Shown here piece after piece: positions 28,090 to 37,701 of a stretch of 64,000 nt of DNA. The stretch spans positions 68,528 to 132,527 of the forward strand of contig JBBSVO010000007.1 of the NCBI GenBank assembly GCA_038046805.1, in the 5' to 3' direction. Within the stretch, counting starts at the first letter, position 1. Each line of letters starts with the position of its first letter. The stretch is from Candidatus Micrarchaeota archaeon. GTDB lineage: Archaea > Micrarchaeota > Micrarchaeia > Anstonellales > Bilamarchaeaceae. The translations under genes were made by a program, and so were the position numbers. The notes below the pieces were generated by a model, which had not been told where the DNA came from, did no database searches, and saw nothing but the letters and a program-made list of their open reading frames with translations.

Positions 28090-28116
28090 GAACCATAAAC
28101 TACAAATATAATAAAC

Positions 28117-29142
28117 ATGGCTTATTGTACGAAGGAACGATTACTAGCACCAGACGTCATTCTGAAATACCCGCCCGGAATCGATGCAAAAAGGCTCGCA
28201 CACCGATACACAGAAGAGCGTTTGGGCAGAGATGGGAAACAGATAAATTTCTCAGCCGCAGTGTTATTGCTGGATACGGCTCGCGAGAATATGGAAAGCT
28301 GGTTTGAAACAAAAACATGGAAGAGTTTTCAACAGGAGAGATTTCGGCTCGGAACAATGGCAGAAGAGGTTAGAGAACAATTTTACTCTGATTCAAGAAT
28401 GCAGGATGCGATGGGACTTCTTGGGATGGACCCTGCACAGCGAACAGGTATCAAGGTTCCGTGGTGGAACGAACTCGCTGCAAATGAAATTGGCCATGAA
28501 ATAAAGGATGGCGCACCGTTCGTGGTTTTAGGGCCTCGCCACAGCTATGAAACCCAGCTAGTCAGGTCTGGAATTCAGATTGGGATTACAAGCGTTTCCG
28601 TTGGCGGAATCGTCAGGACAGTAGATGGCTTTATTGTAGTCGGAATAAGGGGCGGCTCAAGCTATCCGAATACGTTTCATATAAATGCGGGCGCACTCGG
28701 ACTTACCAGGGGGATAATAGATGGAAGCTCATCAATTTACGATTTTTATCTGGCAAAGGAACTTGAGGCAGAATTAGGGATACAACAGAATGAAATTTAT
28801 GCTGCAACAATTCATGCAAGGATATTCGACAGGATTATTGAAAACGGTCCGATGTATATTTTCTATATCAGGACCAGATTGTCGCTTCAGGAGTTGCAGG
28901 AAAGGCACCGGAGGGAAGTCGGGGAAGACTCAGGGGAGCATACGCGATTTATTGGGCTAAGAAACAACAAGATGGTTGTTTGGAGTTTCCTCGCTGAGAA
29001 TTACAGAGGAAACGTTGAAAATAGGCAGGAAAGGCCAGACAGCGAAAGGCGGCTTCTTCACCCCGGAGCATTGGCACTACTCTCAACCACGACTTTTCCT
29101 ATTTTGGTGCTGGAGAATCTTTATCGCGAAGGCAACTGGTAG
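28117..29142 (+). CDS. Diverged Nudix-fold-like orphan
   Basis: SVGGIVRTVDGFIVVGIR, FHINAG, AKELEAELGI (degenerate Nudix box), GEH. Confidence 0.55.
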   Translation: MAYCTKERLLAPDVILKYPPGIDAKRLAHRYTEERLGRDGKQINFSAAVLLLDTARENMESWFETKTWKSFQQERFRLGTMAEEVREQFYSDSRMQDAMGLLGMDPAQRTGIKVPWWNELAANEIGHEIKDGAPFVVLGPRHSYETQLVRSGIQIGITSVSVGGIVRTVDGFIVVGIRGGSSYPNTFHINAGALGLTRGIIDGSSSIYDFYLAKELEAELGIQQNEIYAATIHARIFDRIIENGPMYIFYIRTRLSLQELQERHRREVGEDSGEHTRFIGLRNNKMVVWSFLAENYRGNVENRQERPDSERRLLHPGALALLSTTTFPILVLENLYREGNW

Positions 29143-29257
29143 GGGCATACTAAACACATCACAACAAGCTCGGAATTGGGAACCCGAAACAATTCGCGGA
29201 TTCTCAAAACTGGAAACCAACATTTTTATTACCTTAGACGCTACGTATTCCCTTATT

Positions 29258-29411
29258 GGGCCTGTAGCTCAGCCTGGTTAGAGCGACGGTCTTATATGAC
29301 GTCATCTAATACAATGACATATGAGACAGTCTGAGTTAGCCGTAGGTCCTGAGTTCAAAGGCTTTTTGGCTCGAAACTCGAGACTGAAAACGGAATGTCT
29401 CAGCAGGCCCA
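29258..29411 (+). tRNA. tRNA-Ile(UAU) with two introns (37/38: 29297-29337; 59/60: 29360-29397)
   Basis: Acceptor GGGCCTG/CAGGCCC plus discriminator A; D-arm GCTC/GAGC; anticodon stem ACGGT/GCCGT with CT-TAT-A; T-stem CTGAG/CTCAG with TTCAAA|T; BHB-type junctions. Confidence 0.92.
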
Positions 29412-29474
29412 ATTTGATCACAAAATGGGACGGAAGTGAAATCGCAATTTCACAACTGGCCCAATTTCTACTTT

Positions 29475-29502
29475 TTGTCTCGTGTCCAGTATCTTGAGTC
29501 CT
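29475..29502 (-). repeat. Degenerate heptamer tandem repeat
   Basis: Minus strand reads AGGACTC AAGATAC TGGACAC GAGACAA. Confidence 0.6.
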
Positions 29503-29545
29503 GCCCAAAGCACATTTAATAAACTGTTGCATTAAAACTAATTTT

Positions 29546-30253
29546 ATGAGTTATAAAAAAATGCTTAGGCAGACTGGGCATGCCGAAGCACTTGCGAAAA
29601 GTATGATTTTAGTTAACACTCTGTCGACCTATGCCATCCTGAGAAATCGTCTTGGAATATGGAAAACAGCTGGGAAGAGTAAAACCTCTGCTGTGTGGGT
29701 CAGAACTGCCATTACAGACACTACGAAAGCGCTCGAAGACGAAACCTCAAGAATGGAGGAGTTTATGAGAAACGCGCCTCCAAACATAACTCCTGAAGGT
29801 GCGAAAGTTAGCCTCATTACATCTTCTGGCGGAATGACGCATGTTGAAATGACTCTTCCTGCTGATTGTGTTTTCGGGATTGTAATGCATGAAAATGAAT
29901 TCAATAAAATCGCGATGGCTAAAAAAGACTGTCAGAATCTACAGAAAGATTTCAGAAATGCGCGATTTTTCGGGATTGCGAGCCTTGTTTGTTATGGCGC
30001 AACGGGAATAACCCTGTCTTTGGCGGTAATTACCAGCCTTTCATCCGCATTTTCTTCTTTTCTCAGCATATACGTTCCCATTGCTTTTGGGGTAGCGGGG
30101 GTAGTATTCGACGTAATCGCGGAGCGAATTGAGAAATCTATTCCACCAGAGTTTGAAGAAATGGTTTCCGTAGACGAATCAGTCAAGACCGTAGGTTCTA
30201 TCAAAAAAGAAATTTTGGAAATACTCGGGCGCATCGAAAAAGCGCTCGGATAA
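29546..30253 (+). CDS. Orphan helical protein with hydrophobic hairpin (paralog 1)
   Basis: Two TM-like segments; ends KKEILEILGRIEKALG. Confidence 0.75.
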   Translation: MSYKKMLRQTGHAEALAKSMILVNTLSTYAILRNRLGIWKTAGKSKTSAVWVRTAITDTTKALEDETSRMEEFMRNAPPNITPEGAKVSLITSSGGMTHVEMTLPADCVFGIVMHENEFNKIAMAKKDCQNLQKDFRNARFFGIASLVCYGATGITLSLAVITSLSSAFSSFLSIYVPIAFGVAGVVFDVIAERIEKSIPPEFEEMVSVDESVKTVGSIKKEILEILGRIEKALG

Positions 30254-30305
30254 ACTGGCCTTGTTAAGCACATCTTTATATACTTTTTCTACCACTTATT
30301 AGTGT

Positions 30306-31277
30306 ATGATTACTAAAACCAAAGCACGCACACCAGCAGTTTGTAATTTTGAGGCAACGAGAAAGGCATTGCTAAGGGCAATGAGAAATGCAAAAGAAAG
30401 AGAGCACTATGATACGGTCCGAAGCCTTGCATGTAGATGCCTCGAGTACTGTGAAACAGGCGTAAGAACAGGAGCCAAAGATATCCGTGAACGTGCAGTA
30501 ACCGGAATCTCTGAAATTGCTGGGGAATCTGAGACCATGAAACTTATTTCTAAAGAAACGAGAGCTGCGATGATAAGAACTTATTCAGAACTTCTCGGAG
30601 ATACATCTGAAAGCGTAAGGGTATCCGCGATAAAAGGACTTGCACAACCAGAATTAATGCTTGATTGTAGCGGGATTATATTATCAAGGGTAACTTCAAA
30701 TGCACTTAGAAGCAGAGAAGATTTTGCATTAGCCACTGTTATAAGAGCACACTCAGACGGATTAAGAAAAGTTTCAGAAGCTGGGCGCAGAGTAAACTCA
30801 ACATTTGAAGAGAAAATGGAAAGATTGGCATATTTATTGCATAAAAAGCTTGACCCTGGGCAAACTGAAGAACGGAAAATGTTAGTTGCATCAATGAAAA
30901 GACTCGGAGGAAACATACTACCTAGAATAATTGAAGAATTTATAACAAGTCTTGTTAGTACGTTGCGCGAAGAGGCGGAAAAAATAAAAGAGGGGTTTCT
31001 GGACCTGCAATTAAACGAAAAATTTCACGACGTCCTAGATATAATCGCTGAGAGAAAAATATTCGCAACACTAGACTCTCTTCAGGAACTGCTAAGAATG
31101 GCCGGAGACCCACATGAACCAGTAATATTAAGTGAAAGAATAACCGCTGGAATTATACAAACATTTTCACGGCTCGGAGTTCCATCTGAATTGTACATAA
31201 AAAACGGATATGATGGAAAATTAGTGTTTTTAGGTCCGAAAGAAAGACTATCAGTAAGTGAAGACGAACTCCACTGA
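30306..31277 (+). CDS. HEAT-repeat-like orphan
   Basis: DIRERAVTGI, LLGDTSESVRVSAIKGLA. Confidence 0.7.
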   Translation: MITKTKARTPAVCNFEATRKALLRAMRNAKEREHYDTVRSLACRCLEYCETGVRTGAKDIRERAVTGISEIAGESETMKLISKETRAAMIRTYSELLGDTSESVRVSAIKGLAQPELMLDCSGIILSRVTSNALRSREDFALATVIRAHSDGLRKVSEAGRRVNSTFEEKMERLAYLLHKKLDPGQTEERKMLVASMKRLGGNILPRIIEEFITSLVSTLREEAEKIKEGFLDLQLNEKFHDVLDIIAERKIFATLDSLQELLRMAGDPHEPVILSERITAGIIQTFSRLGVPSELYIKNGYDGKLVFLGPKERLSVSEDELH

Positions 31278-31303
31278 TATGATATACCTTCGAGGGGATT
31301 ACA

Positions 31304-32017
31304 ATGAGCACTCACAAACTAAAATATGGAACGCTTGCCCGTTTGACAGATACGGCCAAAACGATTGCGCGTAAGAATGGATTATGCAGAACCAGGGCAA
31401 AAACAGACCAGATACAACGAAGACTTGATATATGGGACCAGTACAAAAGAACGGAAACACTCGCAAGATATCTGCTTGATGAAGTGCAAGAAGCAAAAAC
31501 CACGTTAGCTGGAGAGGTTGAAGAAAAAACTGCTCCACTAAAAGAAGCCATACATGATTGCAATAGCAAAATAGCAATAAGCGGAATTCAGATAAAATCA
31601 TTTAAAGTTGAGGGCTCTATGATTGAAATTGAATGTGAAGGCACAAAAGAACAAATGATCGCGATGGTAAGACAGGAGAAAGAAGGACTTTTGATAGAAC
31701 GCATACCTGAAGATGTAGTAAAACAAATAAAAAATCAAAAACAGATTGTTAGAGCACTAAAATTAGTATTCGGAACTACTATTGCAGTAACACTTATCGG
31801 AATCGTGATAGGCCCGGTATTTGATTTTATAGATCTGAGCATATATGGGGCATTGACAATTGGAGCTGCTTATACTATAAGTCGAATGGAAAAAATGCTA
31901 GGAAGATCGATCTGCATGCAACCAGCAACGAATGTATTGCGTGTAATGGAAGAGATGGGAAAACGAATCGGTGAAACCCTACAGGATATGGAAAAACATT
32001 TGGAAGCTGGATTGTAA
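31304..32017 (+). CDS. Orphan helical protein with hydrophobic hairpin (paralog 2)
   Basis: QRRLDIW versus RNRLGIW in paralog 1; two TMs; ends IGETLQDMEKHL. Confidence 0.75.
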   Translation: MSTHKLKYGTLARLTDTAKTIARKNGLCRTRAKTDQIQRRLDIWDQYKRTETLARYLLDEVQEAKTTLAGEVEEKTAPLKEAIHDCNSKIAISGIQIKSFKVEGSMIEIECEGTKEQMIAMVRQEKEGLLIERIPEDVVKQIKNQKQIVRALKLVFGTTIAVTLIGIVIGPVFDFIDLSIYGALTIGAAYTISRMEKMLGRSICMQPATNVLRVMEEMGKRIGETLQDMEKHLEAGL

Positions 32018-32075
32018 ATTGTTGAAGAAAAGAGAGCAACGGAACTCAAATAGAAGAGAATACTGTGTGAATATT

Positions 32076-32852
32076 ATGGGATATTACTACTTAAGGTCTA
32101 TAATTGCAGTAGCGAGTTCAGATGCAAAAATATGCGGATTGGGATCAACTGCCAAACAAGCAGATCGGCTCATTGAAAGCATTGCACATTGCAGGGATGC
32201 TAAGTCAGACATTGAAAGCAGGCGTAACGTGTTGAATGGAATAACAGAAACAAGACGTGCACTTGAAGCGGATTTGAAAAGTTCTGAAGTGCTTTTGCAG
32301 AATGGTTATGGCGTGGTGGAAAGGATAGAAACATTACCAAATGGAATTAGAATCAGTCACATCAGACCGCTCCCATCAGGAATAATAGATACAGTTCACA
32401 GGATGGGCGCGCCTGCATCTGATCAGGTTATTATAGCGACAGTTACTGAGACAGATACTCTTGAAGCAAGGATATTAACAAAAGAAGATACTGTAAAGCT
32501 GCTTGAACGAAGTAATGGAAACACGTCAGGACGCACTTCTGGAATAATACGAAAAATGGCTTTTCTTGGAACCGTTTCCCTTGGTGTGTTTGTGGAAATC
32601 ATTACTGGTTCTGTGCTTGACAGCGCTATTGCGATACTTGGCGCAGTATTAGCATACAACTTCATATTTTACCTTGTTAATGAGATTAGGGGGGCCATCA
32701 TAGAGAACAGATATTATGGAAAAATTTTAGTAAATACTATTCCTGCAGGAAAAATGCTGGAGAGAATAAGAGAAACTGAAAAACTTGTGCTAGACGCACT
32801 TGAAAGAATTGAATCGTGGATAAGTGAACTCAAACCTTCAATTTCCCCCTGA
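32076..32852 (+). CDS. Orphan helical protein with hydrophobic hairpin (paralog 3)
   Basis: [13 protein letters not shown] versus AITDTTKALEDET in paralog 1; two TMs; ends [12 protein letters not shown]. Confidence 0.75.
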   Translation: MGYYYLRSIIAVASSDAKICGLGSTAKQADRLIESIAHCRDAKSDIESRRNVLNGITETRRALEADLKSSEVLLQNGYGVVERIETLPNGIRISHIRPLPSGIIDTVHRMGAPASDQVIIATVTETDTLEARILTKEDTVKLLERSNGNTSGRTSGIIRKMAFLGTVSLGVFVEIITGSVLDSAIAILGAVLAYNFIFYLVNEIRGAIIENRYYGKILVNTIPAGKMLERIRETEKLVLDALERIESWISELKPSISP

Positions 32853-33894
32853 ATTTCAAATAGGTCGCATATTCTATGTAAGTTTTCCGATCAATATAAT
32901 CCTTGGTTGTTGGCGCAAGACCGCGCTTTTTCTTTATTCCATCCTGAACTGTAATTGCAAACGAATCGCTTCCAGCTCCGCTTCCGAATGACGTAACAAG
33001 CACCTTGTCCCCTGGCTTTGCCTCATCAAGAACTGCTGAAAGACCAAGCATACTGGCACCAGAATACGTATTTCCAACTATCGGAGTGAGAAGACCTGTT
33101 TTTAGTTTTTCAGTTGGAATTCCGAGCTTTTTCGCAACCTCAAGCGGAAATTTCGCATTTGGTTGGTGGAACACAATATAATTGAAATCCTCGAATTTCA
33201 ACCCGGTTTTCTGAAGAAGTCCTTGTGTTGCACTGATTACATGTTTCATATATGCTGGAGCCCCTGTGAATCTTCCTCCATGGCTTGGATAATCAGCATG
33301 CTGACGCCTCCAAAAGTCCGGAGTGTCTGTAGTATAGGAAAATGTAGCGTCAATTGTGGCGATAGCGTGCGGTTCATCAACTTTTCCGATTACAAATGCC
33401 GCCCCACCACTCGCTGCCGAATATTCCAGCATATCCCCAGGTCTTCCCTGCGCAGTATCTGCGCCTATTGCCAGGCCATAATCAACCATTCCTGAGCCAA
33501 CAAGCCCCATGCAAATCTGGATATTCGCTGTTCCTGCCTTGCAGGCGAATTCTGTATCTGCAGCAGTAAGATTAGGAGTTGCGCCTATTGCTTCAGCTAC
33601 AACAGTTGCCGTAGGTTTTACAGCATAGGGATGACTCTCGCTTCCGACATAAACCGCACCGATTTTTGTTGGAAGAATATCCGCACGTTTTAACGCATTG
33701 CGAGCAGCTTCAACTGCAATGGTTGCCGCATCTTCGTCAATTCCACCAACTGCCTTTTCTTTTATTCCGAGGCCTTTTTCTATTCTGCTCGGCTCCTCGC
33801 CCCATACACGGGCAATGTCAGCAGATTTTATCCTGTATTTTGGAATATAGGCACCATACCCTACAATGCTGGCTAAAGGATGAATATCGGTCAT
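32830..33894 (-). CDS. Hydroxymethylglutaryl-CoA synthase (archaeal type)
   Basis: [40 protein letters not shown]. Confidence 0.96.
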   Translation of the reverse strand: MTDIHPLASIVGYGAYIPKYRIKSADIARVWGEEPSRIEKGLGIKEKAVGGIDEDAATIAVEAARNALKRADILPTKIGAVYVGSESHPYAVKPTATVVAEAIGATPNLTAADTEFACKAGTANIQICMGLVGSGMVDYGLAIGADTAQGRPGDMLEYSAASGGAAFVIGKVDEPHAIATIDATFSYTTDTPDFWRRQHADYPSHGGRFTGAPAYMKHVISATQGLLQKTGLKFEDFNYIVFHQPNAKFPLEVAKKLGIPTEKLKTGLLTPIVGNTYSGASMLGLSAVLDEAKPGDKVLVTSFGSGAGSDSFAITVQDGIKKKRGLAPTTKDYIDRKTYIEYATYLKFRGKLKV

Positions 33895-33969
33895 AAAAAT
33901 CGTTTCTCTTATGTGTTTTTGGATTTAAAAACCTGTCCGAAAAGCATACGGCTATTGGCGAAGTAGATG

Positions 33970-35007
33970 TCAAATGGGCGTATCGCAAGCGATCATAAGG
34001 AGCGGATTGGCACGCGGAACGAATGGAAGGAGCGGGTTGGCCAGATCCAGGTCGTAATTGATAACCAGTCTTACTACCGTATCGGCATTCCTTCTTTCCC
34101 GCAATCCCGCAAGCAAAAGACCTTTTACTGCGCCGCCGGTTTCTTCAAGACGCCTTGTCAAATATGCTGTAGTATGCGGACCGAATGGAACATACAATAT
34201 AGTCGGAATCCCGAACTGGTCCCTCATCACGCGAAGTATTTTGCCATCATAGACGCCATAAAGAAGCTGTGCTCCCCTGACGTGAGTGCCATGCTTGTAG
34301 TGCAGAAGAATCGCCCTTGCGATCTGTTCTGGATGGTGACTTGCGGGGTATTGATGAACTGATTCCACTCCGCAAGTCTCTATGAACTGCATCATGCGCG
34401 CAAGGTTTTCGTGCATTTTTGGAATTTCCCTTATATCCGCCTCGGAAACATAAACCCCGCGGACTGGGCGGATGATAACTGGCAGCTGGTTGTATTTTGA
34501 AAAATTCACTAGTTCCTGAACATCCGCCATCGTGCGGTGCAGATATGCCTGCAATGCGATTCCGATTTCTCCCACATTCTCTGATACCGCCAGTTTATAT
34601 GCGCAAATCAAATCATCGATCGTGTCTTTTTTTTCAGAATCAAACCAGACCATGGTTCCTGTTTTTGATATACACCCTGCGACCCAAAGCATAAGCCTGA
34701 TATCTCCATCGAACTGGCCAAGCCTCATCGCAACGCTTGCATTCAGATATTCCGCACGAATCAAATCCCCGACAAACCTGACGCGATCTGCACGTTCCTG
34801 TTTTGTTCCGGAAACATTGCCATTTTCCCCAAGAAGGTCGAGAATGACGTGGGTACCTCCCGTGTTTAACTGCTTTACTTTCGCTACTGTTGATGGAACA
34901 TTCATTCCGCCAAGATAGCGACGTGCGGCAAATCCAAGAAAACGATCTGATAATGTTTTGCTACCGAGATCGACAGTGTTGAAAGATTTTTGTAAAAGAA
35001 CGGTCAT
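33970..35007 (-). CDS. Diverged monofunctional proline dehydrogenase-like flavoprotein
   Basis: LDLLGE, IALQAYLHRT, IRPVRGVY, ASHH, QLLYGV, YVPFG, YLTRRLEE. Confidence 0.75.
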   Translation of the reverse strand: MTVLLQKSFNTVDLGSKTLSDRFLGFAARRYLGGMNVPSTVAKVKQLNTGGTHVILDLLGENGNVSGTKQERADRVRFVGDLIRAEYLNASVAMRLGQFDGDIRLMLWVAGCISKTGTMVWFDSEKKDTIDDLICAYKLAVSENVGEIGIALQAYLHRTMADVQELVNFSKYNQLPVIIRPVRGVYVSEADIREIPKMHENLARMMQFIETCGVESVHQYPASHHPEQIARAILLHYKHGTHVRGAQLLYGVYDGKILRVMRDQFGIPTILYVPFGPHTTAYLTRRLEETGGAVKGLLLAGLRERRNADTVVRLVINYDLDLANPLLPFVPRANPLLMIACDTPI

Positions 35008-35151
35008 GAATGCACCGCATGGAAACGTGTCGGCAAAGGAATAAAAACAAACCGAGATTGTAAATGATTCCAACACCAACTATTTAAAACCCATTAATAT
35101 ATTAAGATAAATTAGGTAGTATTGGAGTACGGCAAAAACGCGGTGATTTTT

Positions 35152-36237
35152 ATGACGAGAAAGATTCGATGTGCAGTCGTTGGTGTTGGCAATTGCTTTG
35201 CAGGATTGGTTCAGGGAATAGAATACTACAAACAACATCCTGAAGAGGAGGTAATAGGAATAATGCACAAGGAGATTGGAGGATATTCCATTTACGATAT
35301 TGAGTTTGTTGCTGGGTTTGATGTGGATTCAAAAAAAGTCGGGATGAGACTAAGCGATGCTGTTTACGCGGAACCGAACAAAGTCAGATGGGTGGACAAG
35401 CTTTCTACCATGAATAATGTAATCGTCATACAATCACCTAGAATGGATGGTGTTGGGATATATGTGCAGAAGGTCGTTTCGCCAGTTCCTGATAAATCAG
35501 TTGATGAACTGCGAAAGGAGATACTTGATGAGTTGAAGAAAAAACAGGTTGAGATTCTGGTTTCATATTTGCCGGTCGGTGCGGACCGGGTCACACAATT
35601 CTGGGCGCAGATTTGTCTTGATGCGAAAATAGCCATGGTAAACTGCATGCCGAGTTTTATTGGTTCTGACCCTGCTTGGGCAGAGAAATTCAAAAAAGCA
35701 AATATCCCGATAGTTTCGGACGATATCAAAGGCCAGGTCGGAGCCACGATAGTTCACAGAACACTTGCAAAACTATGTGATGACCGTGGAACAAAAATTG
35801 AGAAAACATATCAGATTAACGTGGGTGGAAATACGGATTTTCTTGGTATGAAGGAACAGGAAAGATTGACTTCCAAAAAAATAAGCAAAACCGAAAGTGT
35901 TCAAAGCCAATTGCGACAACGTCTTCCGGATGAACGAATTTACGTCGGGCCAAGCGATTTTATCCCGTTTTTGGGTAACACGAAATTAATGTTCATGCGC
36001 ATAGAAGGCAGAATGTGGGCAGGAATTCCTTATAACATGGAGGTTAGACTGGAAGTGGATGACAAGGCGAATAGCGCGGGTATTGTAATTGATGCCATTC
36101 GTGCTTGCAAATTGGGCTTGGATAGAAAAATAGGTGGACCACTAATTGAAGCAAGTGCATATCTTATGAAACACCCGCCAGAACAAATGAGTGATGATGA
36201 TGCAAGAAAAGCATTTGAGAAATTTATTAAAGGTTGA
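35152..36237 (+). CDS. ino1: myo-inositol-1-phosphate synthase
   Basis: VGVGNC, SYLPVG, DDIKGQVGAT, GGNTDF, DDKANSAG. Confidence 0.96.
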   Translation: MTRKIRCAVVGVGNCFAGLVQGIEYYKQHPEEEVIGIMHKEIGGYSIYDIEFVAGFDVDSKKVGMRLSDAVYAEPNKVRWVDKLSTMNNVIVIQSPRMDGVGIYVQKVVSPVPDKSVDELRKEILDELKKKQVEILVSYLPVGADRVTQFWAQICLDAKIAMVNCMPSFIGSDPAWAEKFKKANIPIVSDDIKGQVGATIVHRTLAKLCDDRGTKIEKTYQINVGGNTDFLGMKEQERLTSKKISKTESVQSQLRQRLPDERIYVGPSDFIPFLGNTKLMFMRIEGRMWAGIPYNMEVRLEVDDKANSAGIVIDAIRACKLGLDRKIGGPLIEASAYLMKHPPEQMSDDDARKAFEKFIKG

Positions 36238-36260
36238 GAGGAATAGAAGACTAAAATTCG

Positions 36261-36872
36261 GTGAAAATCATGCTCAAAAACCTTTCAGTCTTTCGTGGAA
36301 TTTCGGAACAACTCGGAAAAATATTTTCATTTATTCCGCTTGACCCGAATTCGCTTACGCTTACATCTGTGTTTCTGGCGATACTTGGCTATCTTGCATA
36401 CGCACCAACGCTTGAGGCAAAGATTACGTCTTTCTTTCTCTTCATTATCGCATTCTTCCTTGACGCAATAGATGGCGCGGTGGCAAGGGCAAAGAAAATG
36501 ACCTCGAAGGAAGGCGCATTTCTTGACGGGATTTCCGACCGCGTTGTCGAATTCTTTCTCTTGCTTACGATACTGCAATTCTTTTCGTTCAATGAATGGA
36601 TTCAAACAGTCATCATCTCAATCCTGTTCTTTGGAACCTGCATGACTTCGTTTGTGAAGGCATACGCAGAGCACAAAGGAATGTTAAAGCATGAAGAAGC
36701 AGAGAGAATGCCTGGAATTCTCGAACGGACGGAAAGAAGCCTGCTTCTGCTGACGGCATTTGGATTGCTGATTTTCGGGTATGCGCAATACGGGATTTAT
36801 GTTCTGTATGCCACGGCTGCACTCTCGTTAATAACGTTTGTGCAGAGGTTTTTCAAGGTGCTATACCGCTAG
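36261..36872 (+). CDS. CDP-alcohol phosphatidyltransferase (probable archaetidylinositol-phosphate synthase)
   Basis: DAIDGAVAR...GAFLDGISDR motif; adjacent to ino1. Confidence 0.88.
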   Translation: MKIMLKNLSVFRGISEQLGKIFSFIPLDPNSLTLTSVFLAILGYLAYAPTLEAKITSFFLFIIAFFLDAIDGAVARAKKMTSKEGAFLDGISDRVVEFFLLLTILQFFSFNEWIQTVIISILFFGTCMTSFVKAYAEHKGMLKHEEAERMPGILERTERSLLLLTAFGLLIFGYAQYGIYVLYATAALSLITFVQRFFKVLYR

Positions 36873-36907
36873 ATTTATAAACTCCTGTAACTATATATTA
36901 CCACATC

Positions 36908-37672
36908 ATGTTAACCGTAAAACAACCGCCCGTAAAACGATTGCCACTTCCGAACTATTTCGTACAACTCCCACGCTTAGTCGAGCTTCCAGCTCAAAAA
37001 TGGAGGGTTTTCGCAAGGATAGGCAAAAGGATAGAAAATTATATGGAAACCAAACGCACTGAATGGGAGTATGCGCAAACCGCGGAAAGATACAAAAAAG
37101 ATGCTGATTTCTGGGATTCGCGATATTTCAAGCATCACGAACGCATTGCGTTATTGCTGGAAAGGGCGGCGGATTGTATGGACGAAGCATATTTGCTGAA
37201 TGCGAAACGAAAGTATTTGGAGAAAGGGAAAAAACTTCGTGAGGATGCAATTGAAAGATATGATGAATATCCACTATTCAGACGCTATGCAACACCAGAA
37301 GGACTTGAAGGACAGGCACGATGTCACCGTAAACTCAGACAAACTACAGAAGCAGAAACCTATGAAACAATGTCAAATGAGATGCGAACGCAAATGGAAT
37401 GCGAGCCTGTATTCTTGGCATTGATTACGATTTACCAATGGAGAAATGCAATTATGGAAGAGTTATACGAGCCAAGGAAAGAACCAACTGTTTATGAGAT
37501 GTTGATAGAAATATCAAACTTGGTGAGGTTGGCAAAGACTGCAATGGATTCAACCTGTTGGTTGTCTTTTTCATCGGACATTAAGGCGTATATACGGGGA
37601 ACTGCAAGCATGGTTTACCAAGTTGGTGGCCAAGAGTTGGAACAAATTCTAAGAGAAACACGCGATTGGTGA
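36908..37672 (+). CDS. Orphan alpha-solenoid (TPR-like) protein
   Basis: 254-aa ORF with its own TATA box (TTTATAAA); helical Ala/Tyr-patterned repeats. Confidence 0.6.
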   Translation: MLTVKQPPVKRLPLPNYFVQLPRLVELPAQKWRVFARIGKRIENYMETKRTEWEYAQTAERYKKDADFWDSRYFKHHERIALLLERAADCMDEAYLLNAKRKYLEKGKKLREDAIERYDEYPLFRRYATPEGLEGQARCHRKLRQTTEAETYETMSNEMRTQMECEPVFLALITIYQWRNAIMEELYEPRKEPTVYEMLIEISNLVRLAKTAMDSTCWLSFSSDIKAYIRGTASMVYQVGGQELEQILRETRDW

Positions 37673-37701
37673 CACTCCAAGAAGTGACGGGCATTGAACC
37701 C

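Noticed and set aside
29412..32852. Integrated element at the tRNA-Ile 3' end
   Set aside because: No integrase, and no duplicated tRNA 3' end (att site) was found downstream.
36908..37672. alpha-SNAP-like identity for the helical orphan
   Set aside because: Only generic TPR-like patterning; a family cannot be assigned without a profile search.
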